A stretch of 64,000 nt of DNA, from contig CANJRG010000007.1 in the NCBI GenBank assembly GCA_947476745.1, positions 55,913 through 119,912 on the forward strand, given 5' to 3'. The translations under genes and the position numbers were made by a program. Shown piece by piece: positions 1 through 10,699 of the stretch (position 1 is its first letter; the number at the start of each line of letters is the position of its first letter). The DNA is from Acidimicrobiia bacterium. GTDB taxonomy: Bacteria > Actinomycetota > Acidimicrobiia > Acidimicrobiales > CAIXPF01. The notes under the pieces were generated by a model, which made no database searches, was not told the origin of the DNA, and was given only the letters and a program-made list of their open reading frames with translations.

Positions 1-1206
1 CTTTTCCCGAACGTGGTTCTCGTCGATCTCAACGCGGACGGCGTCCTTCTCGGACGGCAGGTCGTACATCACCCCGAGGAGCACTTCCTCGAGAATGGCT
101 CGCAGCCCACGGGCACCGGTGCCGCGCAGCAGGGCCTGCTCGGCCACGGCGTTGAGCGCGGTGTCGGTGAAGGCGAGCTCCACGTCCTCGAGCTCGAAAA
201 ACTTCTGGTACTGCTTCACCAGGGCGTTCTTCGGCTCGACCAGGATCCGGATCAGGGCGTCGTTGTCGAGCGAGGACACCGCGCCGATGACCGGCAGACG
301 GCCCACGAACTCGGGGATCAGTCCGAACTTCAGGAGATCTTCGGGCAGCACCTTCGACATGAGATCGTCGAGGTTGCGCTCGTCGGGATTCTTGATACGG
401 GCGCCGAAGCCGACGGAGTTACGGCCCTGCCGGTTGGCGATGATCTGGTCGAGACCGGCGAACGCACCACCGCAGATGAACAGCACGTTGGTGGTGTCGA
501 TCTGAATGAACTCCTGGTGGGGGTGCTTGCGACCCCCCTGAGGCGGGACCGACGCGGTGGTCCCCTCGAGGATCTTCAGCAGTGCCTGCTGGACGCCTTC
601 ACCGGAGACGTCCCGGGTGATCGACGGGTTCTCGGACTTCCGGGCGATCTTGTCGATCTCATCGATGTAGATGATCCCGGTCTCGGCCTTCTTCACGTCG
701 TAGTCGGCAGCCTGGATCAACTTCAGCAGGATGTTTTCGACGTCTTCACCGACGTAGCCGGCCTCGGTCAGCGCCGTGGCGTCGGCGATGGCGAAGGGCA
801 CGTTGAGCATGCGGGCCAGGGTCTGTGCCAGCAGGGTCTTCCCGCAGCCGGTGGGACCGATGAGCAGGATGTTGGACTTCTGCAGCTCGACGTCGTCGGA
901 GTTGGTGGCCCCGAACTGGACACGCTTGTAGTGGTTGTAGACGGCAACGGAGAGGATCTTCTTGGCGTGGTCCTGACCGATTATGTAGTCGTTCAGGAAG
1001 GTGAAGATCTCACGGGGCTTCGGCAGCTCGTCGAAGCTGACCTCGGACTGGGCCGACAGCTCCTCCTCGATGATCTCGTTGCACAGGTCGATGCACTCGT
1101 CGCAGATGTAGACCCCAGGGCCCGCGATCAGCTTCTTGACCTGCTTCTGCGACTTACCGCAGAACGAGCACTTGAGTAGCTCAGTGCCCTCGCCGAACTT
1201 GGCCAC
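1..1206 (-). CDS. clpX: ATP-dependent Clp protease ATP-binding subunit ClpX (3' end runs off window)
   Basis: Not in the ORF track; translated by hand from GTG at 1206: [38 protein letters not shown] (zinc finger), GPTGCGKT Walker A; AGGAG RBS; follows clpP. Confidence 0.97.
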   Translation of the reverse strand, partial: MAKFGEGTELLKCSFCGKSQKQVKKLIAGPGVYICDECIDLCNEIIEEELSAQSEVSFDELPKPREIFTFLNDYIIGQDHAKKILSVAVYNHYKRVQFGATNSDDVELQKSNILLIGPTGCGKTLLAQTLARMLNVPFAIADATALTEAGYVGEDVENILLKLIQAADYDVKKAETGIIYIDEIDKIARKSENPSITRDVSGEGVQQALLKILEGTTASVPPQGGRKHPHQEFIQIDTTNVLFICGGAFAGLDQIIANRQGRNSVGFGARIKNPDERNLDDLMSKVLPEDLLKFGLIPEFVGRLPVIGAVSSLDNDALIRILVEPKNALVKQYQKFFELEDVELAFTDTALNAVAEQALLRGTGARGLRAILEEVLLGVMYDLPSEKDAVRVEIDENHVREK

Positions 1207-1263
1207 CCCGGTCGTCTCCTCGTCCCTCTGACGGCCCGAAGGCCTCTCCCCCGACGCTCCGCC

Positions 1264-1947
1264 TCAGCGGATCGGACCGGTGCGGTCCACCAGATCACGC
1301 GACGAGAGGATCTCGTCGACGATGCCGTACTCCTTGGCCATCTCGGCCGTCATCACGAAGTCACGATCGGTGTCCTTGGCGATGCGTTCCACCGACTGAC
1401 CGGTGTGGTGCGAGAGGATCCCCTCGAGCTGCGCCTTGAGCCGCATGATCTCCGAGGCCACGATCTCGATGTCGGTCGCCTGGGCGTAGCCCGACTGGCC
1501 GTGGGGCTGGTGGATGATGACCCGCGAGTGCGGCAACGCCATCCGCTTGCCCTTGGCCCCTGCGGCGAGCAGCACGGCGGCGGCGGAGGCCGCCTGGCCG
1601 AAGCATATGGTCGACACCTCGGGCCGGATGTACATCATCGTGTCGTAGATGGCGAACATCGCGTTGATGTCGCCCCCAGGGCTGTTGATGTAGATGTTGA
1701 TGTCCTTGTCGGGGTTCTCCGACTCGAGATGCAGCAGCTGGGCGCAGACCAGGTTGCCGATGGTGTCGTCGATCGGCGTGCCGAGGAAGATGATCGACTC
1801 CTTGAGCAGACGGGAGTAGAGGTCGAACGCCCGCTCACCCCGGTTGGTCTGCTCGACCACCGTCGGGACCAGGTAGTTCATCATCTGCACATCGCGCTCG
1901 CTGCGGATCGCGACCTCTGCGAGACGGGCTCCCGGGTGCTTGGTCAC
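1264..1947 (-). CDS. clpP: ATP-dependent Clp protease proteolytic subunit
   Basis: [38 protein letters not shown] (Ser), IHQP (His); GTG overlaps tig stop (GTGA), alternative start at MMNY. Confidence 0.96.
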   Translation of the reverse strand: MTKHPGARLAEVAIRSERDVQMMNYLVPTVVEQTNRGERAFDLYSRLLKESIIFLGTPIDDTIGNLVCAQLLHLESENPDKDINIYINSPGGDINAMFAIYDTMMYIRPEVSTICFGQAASAAAVLLAAGAKGKRMALPHSRVIIHQPHGQSGYAQATDIEIVASEIMRLKAQLEGILSHHTGQSVERIAKDTDRDFVMTAEMAKEYGIVDEILSSRDLVDRTGPIR

Positions 1948-3344
1948 TCTGCGTCCTCCCCCGGTGCGCCCGGGTTGTCGTGCTCAGCGGCGTCAGTATC
2001 GGCATCGTCAGTATCGGCATCGTCGGCGTCGGCCGACAGTTCGAGCGAGGCACGATCGATGACGTTTCCGTCTTCGTCAACGATCTCGACCTGCTTGAGC
2101 AGCCAGTCGAGCGCTTTGGCCTTCTTGACATCCGAGCGTACAGCCAGCATCTGCCCAGCGCGCTCGAAGTTCACCCGGATCTCATCGGCATCGACACCGA
2201 AGCGACGGGACAGCTCGACGAAGTGCTGCTCGAGGTCCTCGCCGTTTATCTGGTGGCCCTCGGCCTCGGCCACGGCGCGCAGCGCCAGGTCGACCTTGAC
2301 CGCTTCCTCGGACGCCGTGCGCTGTTCGGCGACCAGTTCCTCGGCCGACTGGCCGGTGAGCTGCAGGTAGCGACCGAGGTCCATCCCCTGGGAGCGCATC
2401 CGGCTGTCGAGGTTGTTGATCCGGGCCGACAGCTCGTTCTGCACGAGCGCCGGGGGGATGTCCTCGGTGATGAGGGCGATGAGGGCTTCGGCGGTCTTCT
2501 GCTGCAGCGCCATGTTGGCTGCCACCAGCTTCTGGCGGGCCTGCTGCTCGCGGAAGGCGGTGCGCATCGCCTCGACGGTGGCGTACTCGGAGACCTCGGC
2601 GACCCAGGCATCGGTGAGTTCGGGCAGGACCCGGCCGCGTACCTCGTGCACCTCGATGGTGAACTGCAGGGCGTCCTCGCCCTCCTCGGGGTGCTGAGCC
2701 TCGAAGGAGAGCTGTGCGCCGGCGGTCGCGCCGCGCAGGTTCTCGTCGATCTCGGGCACCACACCGCCGCTGCCGACCTCATAGGCGTAGTCGGAGGCGG
2801 TGAGCCCCTCGACAGCCTCGCCATGCTGGGCGCCGGCAATGTCGATGAGTACCTGGTCGCCGTCCTCGGCGGGGCGATCGTTCACCGCGTACTCGGCGTG
2901 CTGGGTCTGCAGTCGTTCGACGCGGGTGTCGACGTCGGCCTCGTCCACCGCCGGGGAGGGGATGACGACACGCAGGCCGCGGTAGCCCTCGAGCGTCAGC
3001 AGCGGCCGGGTCTCGACGACGGCCTCGAAGGAGACCCCGCCCTCCTCGGCTCCGGAGATGATCTCGAGTTCCGGGGCGGCGATGGCGTCGACCTCGTGGT
3101 TCTTCACCGCCTCGGCGTAGTACTCGGGCAGGGACTCCCGGAGGGCGTCCTGCCGGGCAGCACCGATCCCGAGCCGGGCCTCGAGCACCTTGCGGGGTGC
3201 CTTACCCGGCCGGAATCCCGGCAACCGAACCTGCTTGGCCATGCGACGGAAGGCTTCGTCGACCTGATGGTCGATCTCGGAGGCCTCCACCTCGATGAAC
3301 AACTTGACCTTGTTTCCCTCGAGGGTCTCCACCGTGCTCTTCAC
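1944..3344 (-). CDS. tig: Trigger factor
   Basis: Start GTG 3344 ([15 protein letters not shown]); GFRPGKAP ribosome-binding motif; tig-clpP-clpX synteny. Confidence 0.96.
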   Translation of the reverse strand: MKSTVETLEGNKVKLFIEVEASEIDHQVDEAFRRMAKQVRLPGFRPGKAPRKVLEARLGIGAARQDALRESLPEYYAEAVKNHEVDAIAAPELEIISGAEEGGVSFEAVVETRPLLTLEGYRGLRVVIPSPAVDEADVDTRVERLQTQHAEYAVNDRPAEDGDQVLIDIAGAQHGEAVEGLTASDYAYEVGSGGVVPEIDENLRGATAGAQLSFEAQHPEEGEDALQFTIEVHEVRGRVLPELTDAWVAEVSEYATVEAMRTAFREQQARQKLVAANMALQQKTAEALIALITEDIPPALVQNELSARINNLDSRMRSQGMDLGRYLQLTGQSAEELVAEQRTASEEAVKVDLALRAVAEAEGHQINGEDLEQHFVELSRRFGVDADEIRVNFERAGQMLAVRSDVKKAKALDWLLKQVEIVDEDGNVIDRASLELSADADDADTDDADTDAAEHDNPGAPGEDAE

Positions 3345-3460
3345 AGGGGAGGCAGTGTAGTGATCGGACCCGGGGTAGCGGGACATGCAGCAGCACGGTT
3401 CCGGACGCGCCGGGGCGGACCCATCAGCGGGGACCCGGGGCGCTAGCGTGGTGGGCCAGA

Positions 3461-3534
3461 CGGGGAGTAGCGCAGCCAGGTAGCGCACCTGCTTTGGGAG
3501 CAGGTGGTCGGGAGTTCGAATCTCCCCTCCCCGA
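3461..3534 (+). tRNA. tRNA-Pro(TGG)
   Basis: CGGGGAG/CTCCCCG acceptor, CCTGC-TTTGGGA-GCAGG anticodon arm, GTTCGAATC T-loop; CCA not encoded. Confidence 0.96.
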
Positions 3535-3808
3535 CAGCGTCAGACGGCGACATCGAGACGATGTCAGCACCCGTGGGCACCGATCAGTACGCCGTCGGGA
3601 CGACCGGATAAGGTGCACCGCCCGACCTCGTCGGGACGACCGCAGGATGTCGCGGCCGAGGCAGAGGCAGCACTCCCTACCGGACCACGATACGGCGGAC
3701 ATCGGGGCACCGGACGGAGACCGAGCAGCGGGTACCCATGTCGATTGACCACCACCAGCGTCCGCATACCGACGATGAGCGTGTGCTGCCCCGAGGTCCC
3801 CGCCCGCT

Positions 3809-5662
3809 GTGACCGCTTCGACGCTTCGCTGGCGAGAGCAGTTGCTGCCAGGACCGTCCGCGTCGGACGGGTACCGGACGGTGCTCATGGTCGGCACCAC
3901 AGGGGCGGGCAAGACCACGCTGATCCGCCAACTCATCGGCACCGACCCGGGAACCGAACCGTTCCCCGCGACCTCGACGTTCAAGACCACCACTGCGGAG
4001 ACCGAGATTCTCTGTGCACCGGGCGACTTCTACGCGGTGGCGGTCTTCGCCGAGCGGATCAAGGTCCGGGCCGACATCGAGGACTGTGTCGTCGCGGCCG
4101 CCGCGGCGCTGGCCGAGGGCCGTCCCCACGACATCGCCCGTGACGCGCTCGCGGCTCACACCGACGAACGGCTGCGGCTGGAGTACGTGCTCGGTGCCGA
4201 CTGGCTCGACGCGGCGGTGTCCACCATCGAGTCGGTGCTGCGCCATCGGCCGGCAGCTGGCCTCGACGAGGTCGCCGATCGGGTCCGAACCGAGCCCACC
4301 CTGCGGGCCCTGGTGGACCACCTGCTCGCCGACGTCGCCGCCCGGTTCACCACGTTGCGGTTCGGGCAATTGCTCACCGACGACGACGAGACCTGGCCAC
4401 GATGCTGGCAGTTCACCACCGACGAGCGCTCCACGCTGTTCTCGGCCATCCGGCGGCTCGCCGGCAACGATCGGGGCAGCCACGGCACCCTGCTTTCGCC
4501 CATGGTGGAGGCGCTGCGGGTACGCGGCCCCCTGCACCCGACCTGGGCCGGCGAGATCCCCTACCTGATGGCGGTGGACACCGAGGGTCTGGGCCACGTG
4601 CCGCTCACCGCGGCGTCGCTCCCGCTGGCCGTGATCGAGCAGCTGGAGCGCGCCGACCGGATCATCGTCGTCGACGATGCCACCCACCCGATGCAGGCGG
4701 CCCCGCTGGCGGCCCTGCGGCAACTGGTCATGGCCGGCCACCTGGACAAGTTGGCTCTGTGTTTCACCCATGCCGACGGCGTGGTCGGGCCGAACATCGG
4801 CACCACCCAGGACCGGGACTCGTTGCTTCGCCGTTCGGTCAACCAGGCGGTGCTGTCGCTGCGCGACGACCTCGGCGAGACGGCGTGGCGGGCGCTCGCC
4901 CACCAGCTCGACGCCCACCACTTCGTGCTCGGCCACCTCGACCAACGCCTCGACAGCCGGAACCCCGCGCAGACCCCGGTGATCGCCGAGCTGAACCGCC
5001 TACTCGGGTGGCTACGCAAGGAACGCGTCACCATCGACACGTCCTCGTTGCGGCCGGTGTACCGCCTGAACGACCTGCGCTCGCGCCTGCTGGCGGTCGC
5101 CGAGCAGTTCGCCACCGCTTGGCCGGAGATGCTGGCCAAGACCCATTGGCGTCAGGTGCAGGCCCTCTGCCGGCGTATCGCCGACGGTGGAGACGGCTAC
5201 GCCGATCTCCAACCGGTGGCCCAGCTCACGGCGTCGGTGCTCGATGCAATCCGCGATTTCGTCGAGCGGCCGATCCGGTGGACCGATGTCGTGCCGGCCG
5301 ACGACCAGCAACTGGCGCTGTTCGACGGGTTCCTACGGACGGTGACCGGCGAGGTGCTCGACGTCTGCCGCGCCGAGTTGGCCGGGTCACGCCGGGCGGA
5401 CTGGGAGCAGGCCAGCACCCAGGTCGGCATGGCGACCGCCATCCAGCGCGTGGCCACCCTGGCGGCGACCGTGTTCGGGACTCTCACCGGGGTCGGCACC
5501 GACGGCACCTCGCTGGTAGAGGACGTGACCGAGCTGGTGCGCCGGGCCGCTCTGAACAGCGGCTTCGACATCGGCGACGTGGTGCGGCCGGCCGGGAACG
5601 TGTTCGGGCAGACCCTCAAGCCGGTGCGCCGGCCCGGACTCGCGCACCATCGCGGGTTCTGA
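3809..5662 (+). CDS. Uncharacterised dynamin-like/P-loop GTPase with long C-terminal region
   Basis: G1 GTTGAGKT, G2-like KTTT, G3 DTEG, G4-like THAD; long insertion between G2 and G3. Confidence 0.75.
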   Translation: MTASTLRWREQLLPGPSASDGYRTVLMVGTTGAGKTTLIRQLIGTDPGTEPFPATSTFKTTTAETEILCAPGDFYAVAVFAERIKVRADIEDCVVAAAAALAEGRPHDIARDALAAHTDERLRLEYVLGADWLDAAVSTIESVLRHRPAAGLDEVADRVRTEPTLRALVDHLLADVAARFTTLRFGQLLTDDDETWPRCWQFTTDERSTLFSAIRRLAGNDRGSHGTLLSPMVEALRVRGPLHPTWAGEIPYLMAVDTEGLGHVPLTAASLPLAVIEQLERADRIIVVDDATHPMQAAPLAALRQLVMAGHLDKLALCFTHADGVVGPNIGTTQDRDSLLRRSVNQAVLSLRDDLGETAWRALAHQLDAHHFVLGHLDQRLDSRNPAQTPVIAELNRLLGWLRKERVTIDTSSLRPVYRLNDLRSRLLAVAEQFATAWPEMLAKTHWRQVQALCRRIADGGDGYADLQPVAQLTASVLDAIRDFVERPIRWTDVVPADDQQLALFDGFLRTVTGEVLDVCRAELAGSRRADWEQASTQVGMATAIQRVATLAATVFGTLTGVGTDGTSLVEDVTELVRRAALNSGFDIGDVVRPAGNVFGQTLKPVRRPGLAHHRGF

Positions 5663-5741
5663 GCCCCTCCTCGCACCGCGGCGATCCGGGTGCGACGCGG
5701 TAGCGGTGCGGGCCCCCTCCTCCGATAGGCTGCACGGCGCT

Positions 5742-5815
5742 GCGGGTGTAGCTCAATGGCAGAGCTCCAGCCTTCCAAGCTGGCCATGCGGGTTCGATTC
5801 CCGTCACCCGCTCCA
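5742..5815 (+). tRNA. tRNA-Gly(TCC)
   Basis: GCGGGTG/CACCCGC acceptor, CCAGC-CTTCCAA-GCTGG anticodon arm, GTTCGATTC, ends CCA. Confidence 0.97.
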
Positions 5816-5950
5816 ACGAATGTCCTGGTCGGACAGTACGTCGGCCCGAGGCCTCTTCGCGTCAGCCGGGTACCGACATTTGACAACGCTGCGCACTGTG
5901 TACTGCGGGCGCGACCCCGAGCCGGCCGATCAGCGCAGCGGCGGCGGGGC

Positions 5951-8900
5951 TCAGTCGTCGTTGACCACGGTGATCGTCGCCCGGTCGTCGGCGATGGTGG
6001 CCCCGACCACATCGCTCAGCACCAGCTCGAAGGACTCGTCAGGCTCAACGATGCGGTCGCCGCGCACCAGCACCGTGACCGTCCGCCTCGTGGCACCGGC
6101 AGGAAAACTCACCCGGGTGGCGGCCTTCGCCACGAAATCGGTCCCCGCCGAGGCCGTTCCCGCCACGGTGCGTACCACGAAACTGCCCGCCGCCGGTGCG
6201 GGTGCCGAGAACCGCACCGGCACCGCGACCCGCGTCGTCGCCCCGAACGGACCCTCGAGCACCCGCACATCACCCACCACCAGGGCCGGCACCGGGGACC
6301 CCACCGACACGGTGGCCTCCGACGCGGCCACCGCACGGGCACCCCGATCGTCGGTGACGGTCAGCGTCACCAGGTAGGTACCCGCCCGGGCGTAGGTGTG
6401 CTCCGTCATCGGGCCGCTCGCCGTCGTGGCGTCCCCGAAGTTCCACATCACCCCGGCGAGGACGCCATCGGGGTCGCTCGACGAGGAACCGTCGAAACGC
6501 ACCGACAACGGCGACCCGGAGACTGCCGAGCGCTGCAACCGGGCCACCGGCGGGCGGTTGGCACTGGTTCCGTCCCGCGGGCTCTCCGGCGGACCCTCCC
6601 CCACCGGTGCCATGGTGGAACGGGTGAGGAACAGTTTGTCGAGCAGCAGGCCGTCCTTGGCCAGCCAGACGTCGATGGTGTGCTCGCCCGGGGTGGGCAC
6701 CACCAGGCTGGCCGCCCGGCCGTCGAGGGTGCTGCGGGTCCAGCCGAAAGTCACCCCGGCCGGGCGACTGATCCGATCCGAACCGGCGAGCGGCTGACCG
6801 TCGAGGCCCACGTGCACCACGTTGGCGTTGGCGTCGGGCGCCCGCAGCCGCAGCCACACCCGATAGATACCGGGCGCACTGAAGCGCACCCGGTAGTGCA
6901 ACGATGCCGTACCGTTCGGTACGGTTACGGCGTTGAGCCCCCGGTCGGGCAGCGCGGCCATCACCACCCCGCCTGCGGCCCCCGCCGAGGCGACCGGCGA
7001 CCAGGTGTGCACCGAGGAGCCCACTTCGGAGGCATGGAAGTGCTCGGCCTCGATGGACAACGAACCGCCGAGCTCGACGAAGACGTCCGTCCCGGCCGGA
7101 CGCGGACCCCCGTCCCAGGACCCCGCCGCCACCTCGGCCCCGTTACGGGTCGAGACCGACACCACCGAGCCCGACACCGACGTACCTGTTGGTACCACGT
7201 CAGTACCAGTGGGTATGGTCACATCGACGGTCTCGACGTAGATCTGGAGGTGACGGACCACGTCGGCCGGGCCGGGCAGGGAGACCCGGACGGTCCCCGC
7301 GGCGAACAGCCATGGCTCGAAATCGGCCGCCGGGACGAACTGGCGGGCCAGACCGGAGGCCACGGCCGCACCGAGCTCGTCGACCTCCACCACCCGCAAC
7401 GACCCCGGATCGAACCGACCGGTACGGCCGACGGCCGCCAGCGCGGCCGACACGTCCACCCCGACCTCGACCCGTCGGGTCCCCACCGAGGGCGCTCCCG
7501 CCGGGACGACCACGTTCAACCGCAGCCGGTGCGACGGCTCCAGCCACGGCGAGGCCACCTCGCGCACCCCCAGGTTCTCGTGGACGACCACGTTGTTGTG
7601 GTTCCAGCCGATGGTGAACACGTCGAGATCGCCGTCTCCGTCGAGATCGGCGAGCTGCATACCGTCGTGGTACTCCTCGTCCCGGCTGATCACGTGCGAC
7701 GCCCACTGCCCGCCGCGTCCGTCAAGGTTCTCGAGTACTAGGCCGGTGCCGTGGCCGGCGTCGGCAACATCGTGCTCGCCCACCACCGCGTCGAGGTCGC
7801 CGTCACCGTCGAGATCGGCCACGTCGAGGCTGAGCAACGGATACGGACCGCCCGAGGCCATCACGTGACGGGCCCACAGGCCCGCAGGGTCGGCCGGCTG
7901 TTCGAACCAGGCCACCGTGTTCGCCGGGTCGTTCTCGTGGGTCACCACCGCGTCGAGGCGGCCGTCGCCGTTGATGTCGGCAGGCACCACCCGATCGGGC
8001 AGCGCCACCGACCCCGGGTTGGCGGCCTCACGACAGCAGGCGGTCGGCGTGTGGAGATCGACGCGGACCCAACGGTCCTCCCCGTCGTTGCGGAGCCACA
8101 GGTGGCCCTCGAGCAGGTCGAGGTCGCCGTCACGGTCGACGTCGGCGAAGGCGATCTGCTCGCCCTGGGAAACTGGGCTCGGACTGTCGAGCTGCCAGGT
8201 GGCCGCCAACGGGTGCGCCGGGACGACAAGGCGGTTCAAGCCGGCGGCCGCCTCGTGCCAGGACAGCCACACCTCGAGCGGACCGCCGGGCCGGGTCCGG
8301 GCGATCGCCACGCCCTGCAGGAACCGGGCATCGGGTGAGGCCGGCGCGATGGCGGTGGACACCACGAAGTGGCCGCCGCCGTCGTTCGCAGCCCAGGCGA
8401 ACCGGTGGCCGTCGCCGCCGCTACCGGCCCCCTGGGTGCCGAACAGGTCGAGGTCGCCGTCGCCGTCGAAGTCGGCCACAGCGACGACATCGGTGAGCAG
8501 ACCGCCCACAACGTGAGCCGGCCACGGCACACGCAACGAACCGGGGTTCTCGTACCACTGGGCGCCGGTGACCAGATCCGGGTCACCGTCACCGTCGAGA
8601 TCGCCGTGGCGGACGAACAGCGACTGGCCCGATCGGGCGCCGACCACCCGGCGGGCCCAATGGTCCAGCGGCCGGGGCCGCAGCAGGTTGCGATAGACGG
8701 CGATGCCCGGCGAACCGTCGTCGAACGGCTTGCTCACCACATCGAGGTCGCCGTCGGCATCGACATCGACCAGCCTCGACTCGTGGTTGTCGACGCCCTC
8801 GGAGAACCGCTCGACGGTGAAACCACCCGCCCCGTCCCCGAGCAGGACCACCGCTCGGGCCGCGCCCGGCGCGCCGAGGGCCATCTCGGCGGCGAAGAGG

Positions 8901-9988
8901 TCGAGGTTGCCGTCGAGATCGACGTCGCCGACGTCGAGGCTGTGGCCATGACGCCACGGACCCGGCAGTTCCGCGGCGAGCAGGCTGGTGCCCACCCACG
9001 CCGAGCCCGACCTTCGGTACATCGTCAAACCGGCGTCGCCGTCGCCTGAGGACGTGACGATCTCGGGGTGACCGCCGGGCACGAACTGGCCGACGGCGAC
9101 CCGGCCCATGGTGAAGCCGGGGTCGAACGCCTCGAAGGACCACCCGGTGTCCGTTCTCCGGATCCAGCCGCCGGTGAGCACGATGTCGTCACGGCCGTCG
9201 ACGTCGACGTCGCCGATCGTCAAACCCTCGCCGCGGGTGCTGCCGTCGTACACCCGGGTGACCGGCCATGGAACCACCGTCGGATCGGCCGGCACCGTCG
9301 CTACGAATACGTCATCGATCCGCTTGGTGGGACCGCCCTGGTTCCAGAACGCCAGCTCGAGGCGACCGTCGCCGTCGAAATCGCCGAATCCGAGGTCGTG
9401 GTGCTGCGGCTCAGCGGTGACGATGATCTCCAGCCGGGGCCACGGTGCACCCCAACCGGTCGGGCCCGGGTTCCGCCACCACCACACCGATCTCGACGTG
9501 TGATCGCCGGCCAGCACCAGGTCGAGGTAGCCGTCACCGTCGACGTCGGCCGCGGTGCCACCGGCGTCGAGCGGCAAGGACGCCGGGTCCACCACCGACA
9601 TCTGCCAACCGGACTCGCCGAATCGGTACCACGCCACGGCGTTCGTACCGCCACGGGCCCCGATCATGAACTCGCCGCGCCCGTCGCCGTCGAAGTCACC
9701 GTCGACGAGCGTCGTCTGGTCGGACGAACCCGGTGGCAGGGGCAGCTCGCCCGACGCGGCGTCGAGCCGTACCCAGGCCAACCGAGCCGACGACGCAGGC
9801 ACCGCCACCACCGAGGCGACCGGCCCGGGGGCCGAGACGGGGAGCGAACCGACGCCGGCCGGGTCCACGACCAATGCGGCCAGGCACGCCCCGGCGGCGA
9901 ACAGTGCCATCCCCACACCGTGACGAAGCCTGACCGAGCGCACCCGCCATCCCCCCACTCGAGCCTGCCCGCGTCGGGCAGCTCTCAC
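5951..9988 (-). CDS. Large secreted FG-GAP/VCBS repeat protein with carbohydrate-binding-like, PKD and Calx-beta domains
   Basis: Hydrophobic N-terminal signal; many DxDGDGxxD motifs; SIEAEHF...YRVWLR...LLLDKLFL module; FDGSSSSDPDG...WNFGD...HTY (PKD); GTASAGTDF...GDRIVEPDESF (Calx-beta). Start uncertain. Confidence 0.85.
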   Translation of the reverse strand: MRAARRGQARVGGWRVRSVRLRHGVGMALFAAGACLAALVVDPAGVGSLPVSAPGPVASVVAVPASSARLAWVRLDAASGELPLPPGSSDQTTLVDGDFDGDGRGEFMIGARGGTNAVAWYRFGESGWQMSVVDPASLPLDAGGTAADVDGDGYLDLVLAGDHTSRSVWWWRNPGPTGWGAPWPRLEIIVTAEPQHHDLGFGDFDGDGRLELAFWNQGGPTKRIDDVFVATVPADPTVVPWPVTRVYDGSTRGEGLTIGDVDVDGRDDIVLTGGWIRRTDTGWSFEAFDPGFTMGRVAVGQFVPGGHPEIVTSSGDGDAGLTMYRRSGSAWVGTSLLAAELPGPWRHGHSLDVGDVDLDGNLDLFAAEMALGAPGAARAVVLLGDGAGGFTVERFSEGVDNHESRLVDVDADGDLDVVSKPFDDGSPGIAVYRNLLRPRPLDHWARRVVGARSGQSLFVRHGDLDGDGDPDLVTGAQWYENPGSLRVPWPAHVVGGLLTDVVAVADFDGDGDLDLFGTQGAGSGGDGHRFAWAANDGGGHFVVSTAIAPASPDARFLQGVAIARTRPGGPLEVWLSWHEAAAGLNRLVVPAHPLAATWQLDSPSPVSQGEQIAFADVDRDGDLDLLEGHLWLRNDGEDRWVRVDLHTPTACCREAANPGSVALPDRVVPADINGDGRLDAVVTHENDPANTVAWFEQPADPAGLWARHVMASGGPYPLLSLDVADLDGDGDLDAVVGEHDVADAGHGTGLVLENLDGRGGQWASHVISRDEEYHDGMQLADLDGDGDLDVFTIGWNHNNVVVHENLGVREVASPWLEPSHRLRLNVVVPAGAPSVGTRRVEVGVDVSAALAAVGRTGRFDPGSLRVVEVDELGAAVASGLARQFVPAADFEPWLFAAGTVRVSLPGPADVVRHLQIYVETVDVTIPTGTDVVPTGTSVSGSVVSVSTRNGAEVAAGSWDGGPRPAGTDVFVELGGSLSIEAEHFHASEVGSSVHTWSPVASAGAAGGVVMAALPDRGLNAVTVPNGTASLHYRVRFSAPGIYRVWLRLRAPDANANVVHVGLDGQPLAGSDRISRPAGVTFGWTRSTLDGRAASLVVPTPGEHTIDVWLAKDGLLLDKLFLTRSTMAPVGEGPPESPRDGTSANRPPVARLQRSAVSGSPLSVRFDGSSSSDPDGVLAGVMWNFGDATTASGPMTEHTYARAGTYLVTLTVTDDRGARAVAASEATVSVGSPVPALVVGDVRVLEGPFGATTRVAVPVRFSAPAPAAGSFVVRTVAGTASAGTDFVAKAATRVSFPAGATRRTVTVLVRGDRIVEPDESFELVLSDVVGATIADDRATITVVNDD

Positions 9989-10064
9989 AGAGTGGCTGAA
10001 CGACCGCTGCTCTGAGGTGGATGGGGCGCGGGTCCGCCGAGACAGCGGGGGCGCTCGGTGGGAA

Positions 10065-10631
10065 CTACAGGGCCTCGACCAGCATCACGGCACCGAAGGC
10101 GAAGAAGGCCAGCGCGGCACCGATGCGAATGGCCCGCCCCGGCAGACGGGCACCGAGCACCCGGCCCACCACGATGGCCAGAGCGTCCGCCGCCACCATC
10201 CCCAGCGTCGAGCCCAGCCAGGTGCCGAACCAGCCATGATCGGCCGCCAGGGTGACCGTCGCCAGCATCGTCTTGTCGCCGAGCTCGGCCAGGAAGAAGA
10301 CCGCTCCGACGCTGAGCACCGCATAGCGGGCCGGCCGGACCGCACGTTTTTGCTCCTCCTCGCTCAAGCGATCCCCCCGTAGGGTCCACACCCCGAACGC
10401 CAGGAAGGCCACCGCGGCCACCGCCGAGATCGCCCGGGTCGGCAACGCCGCCCCCAACGCGGCGCCGAGCCCCACCGACAGGGCGTGCACGATCGCCGTG
10501 GCCACGCCAATACCGGTTAGTACGGTCAGCGGCGGGTACCGGGTGGCGAAGGCCAGGGCCATCAGCTGGCTCTTGTCGCCCAACTCGGCCACGAAGATGA
10601 CGGCGAAACTCAGCAGGAAGGCAGCGAACAC
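10065..10631 (-). CDS. TMEM165/GDT1 (UPF0016) family Mn2+/Ca2+ transporter
   Basis: Two ELGDK(S/T) motifs, multiple TM segments; GAGGAG RBS. Confidence 0.93.
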   Translation of the reverse strand: MFAAFLLSFAVIFVAELGDKSQLMALAFATRYPPLTVLTGIGVATAIVHALSVGLGAALGAALPTRAISAVAAVAFLAFGVWTLRGDRLSEEEQKRAVRPARYAVLSVGAVFFLAELGDKTMLATVTLAADHGWFGTWLGSTLGMVAADALAIVVGRVLGARLPGRAIRIGAALAFFAFGAVMLVEAL

Positions 10632-10699
10632 GCCGTGCTCCTCAGATGGGCGGGGAGGTACAGTCTCCCCGAGCGGCCCCCTGGCTCACAATGTGCCGG

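Noticed and set aside
13-1179. 388-aa plus-strand ORF
   Set aside because: Antisense shadow of clpX
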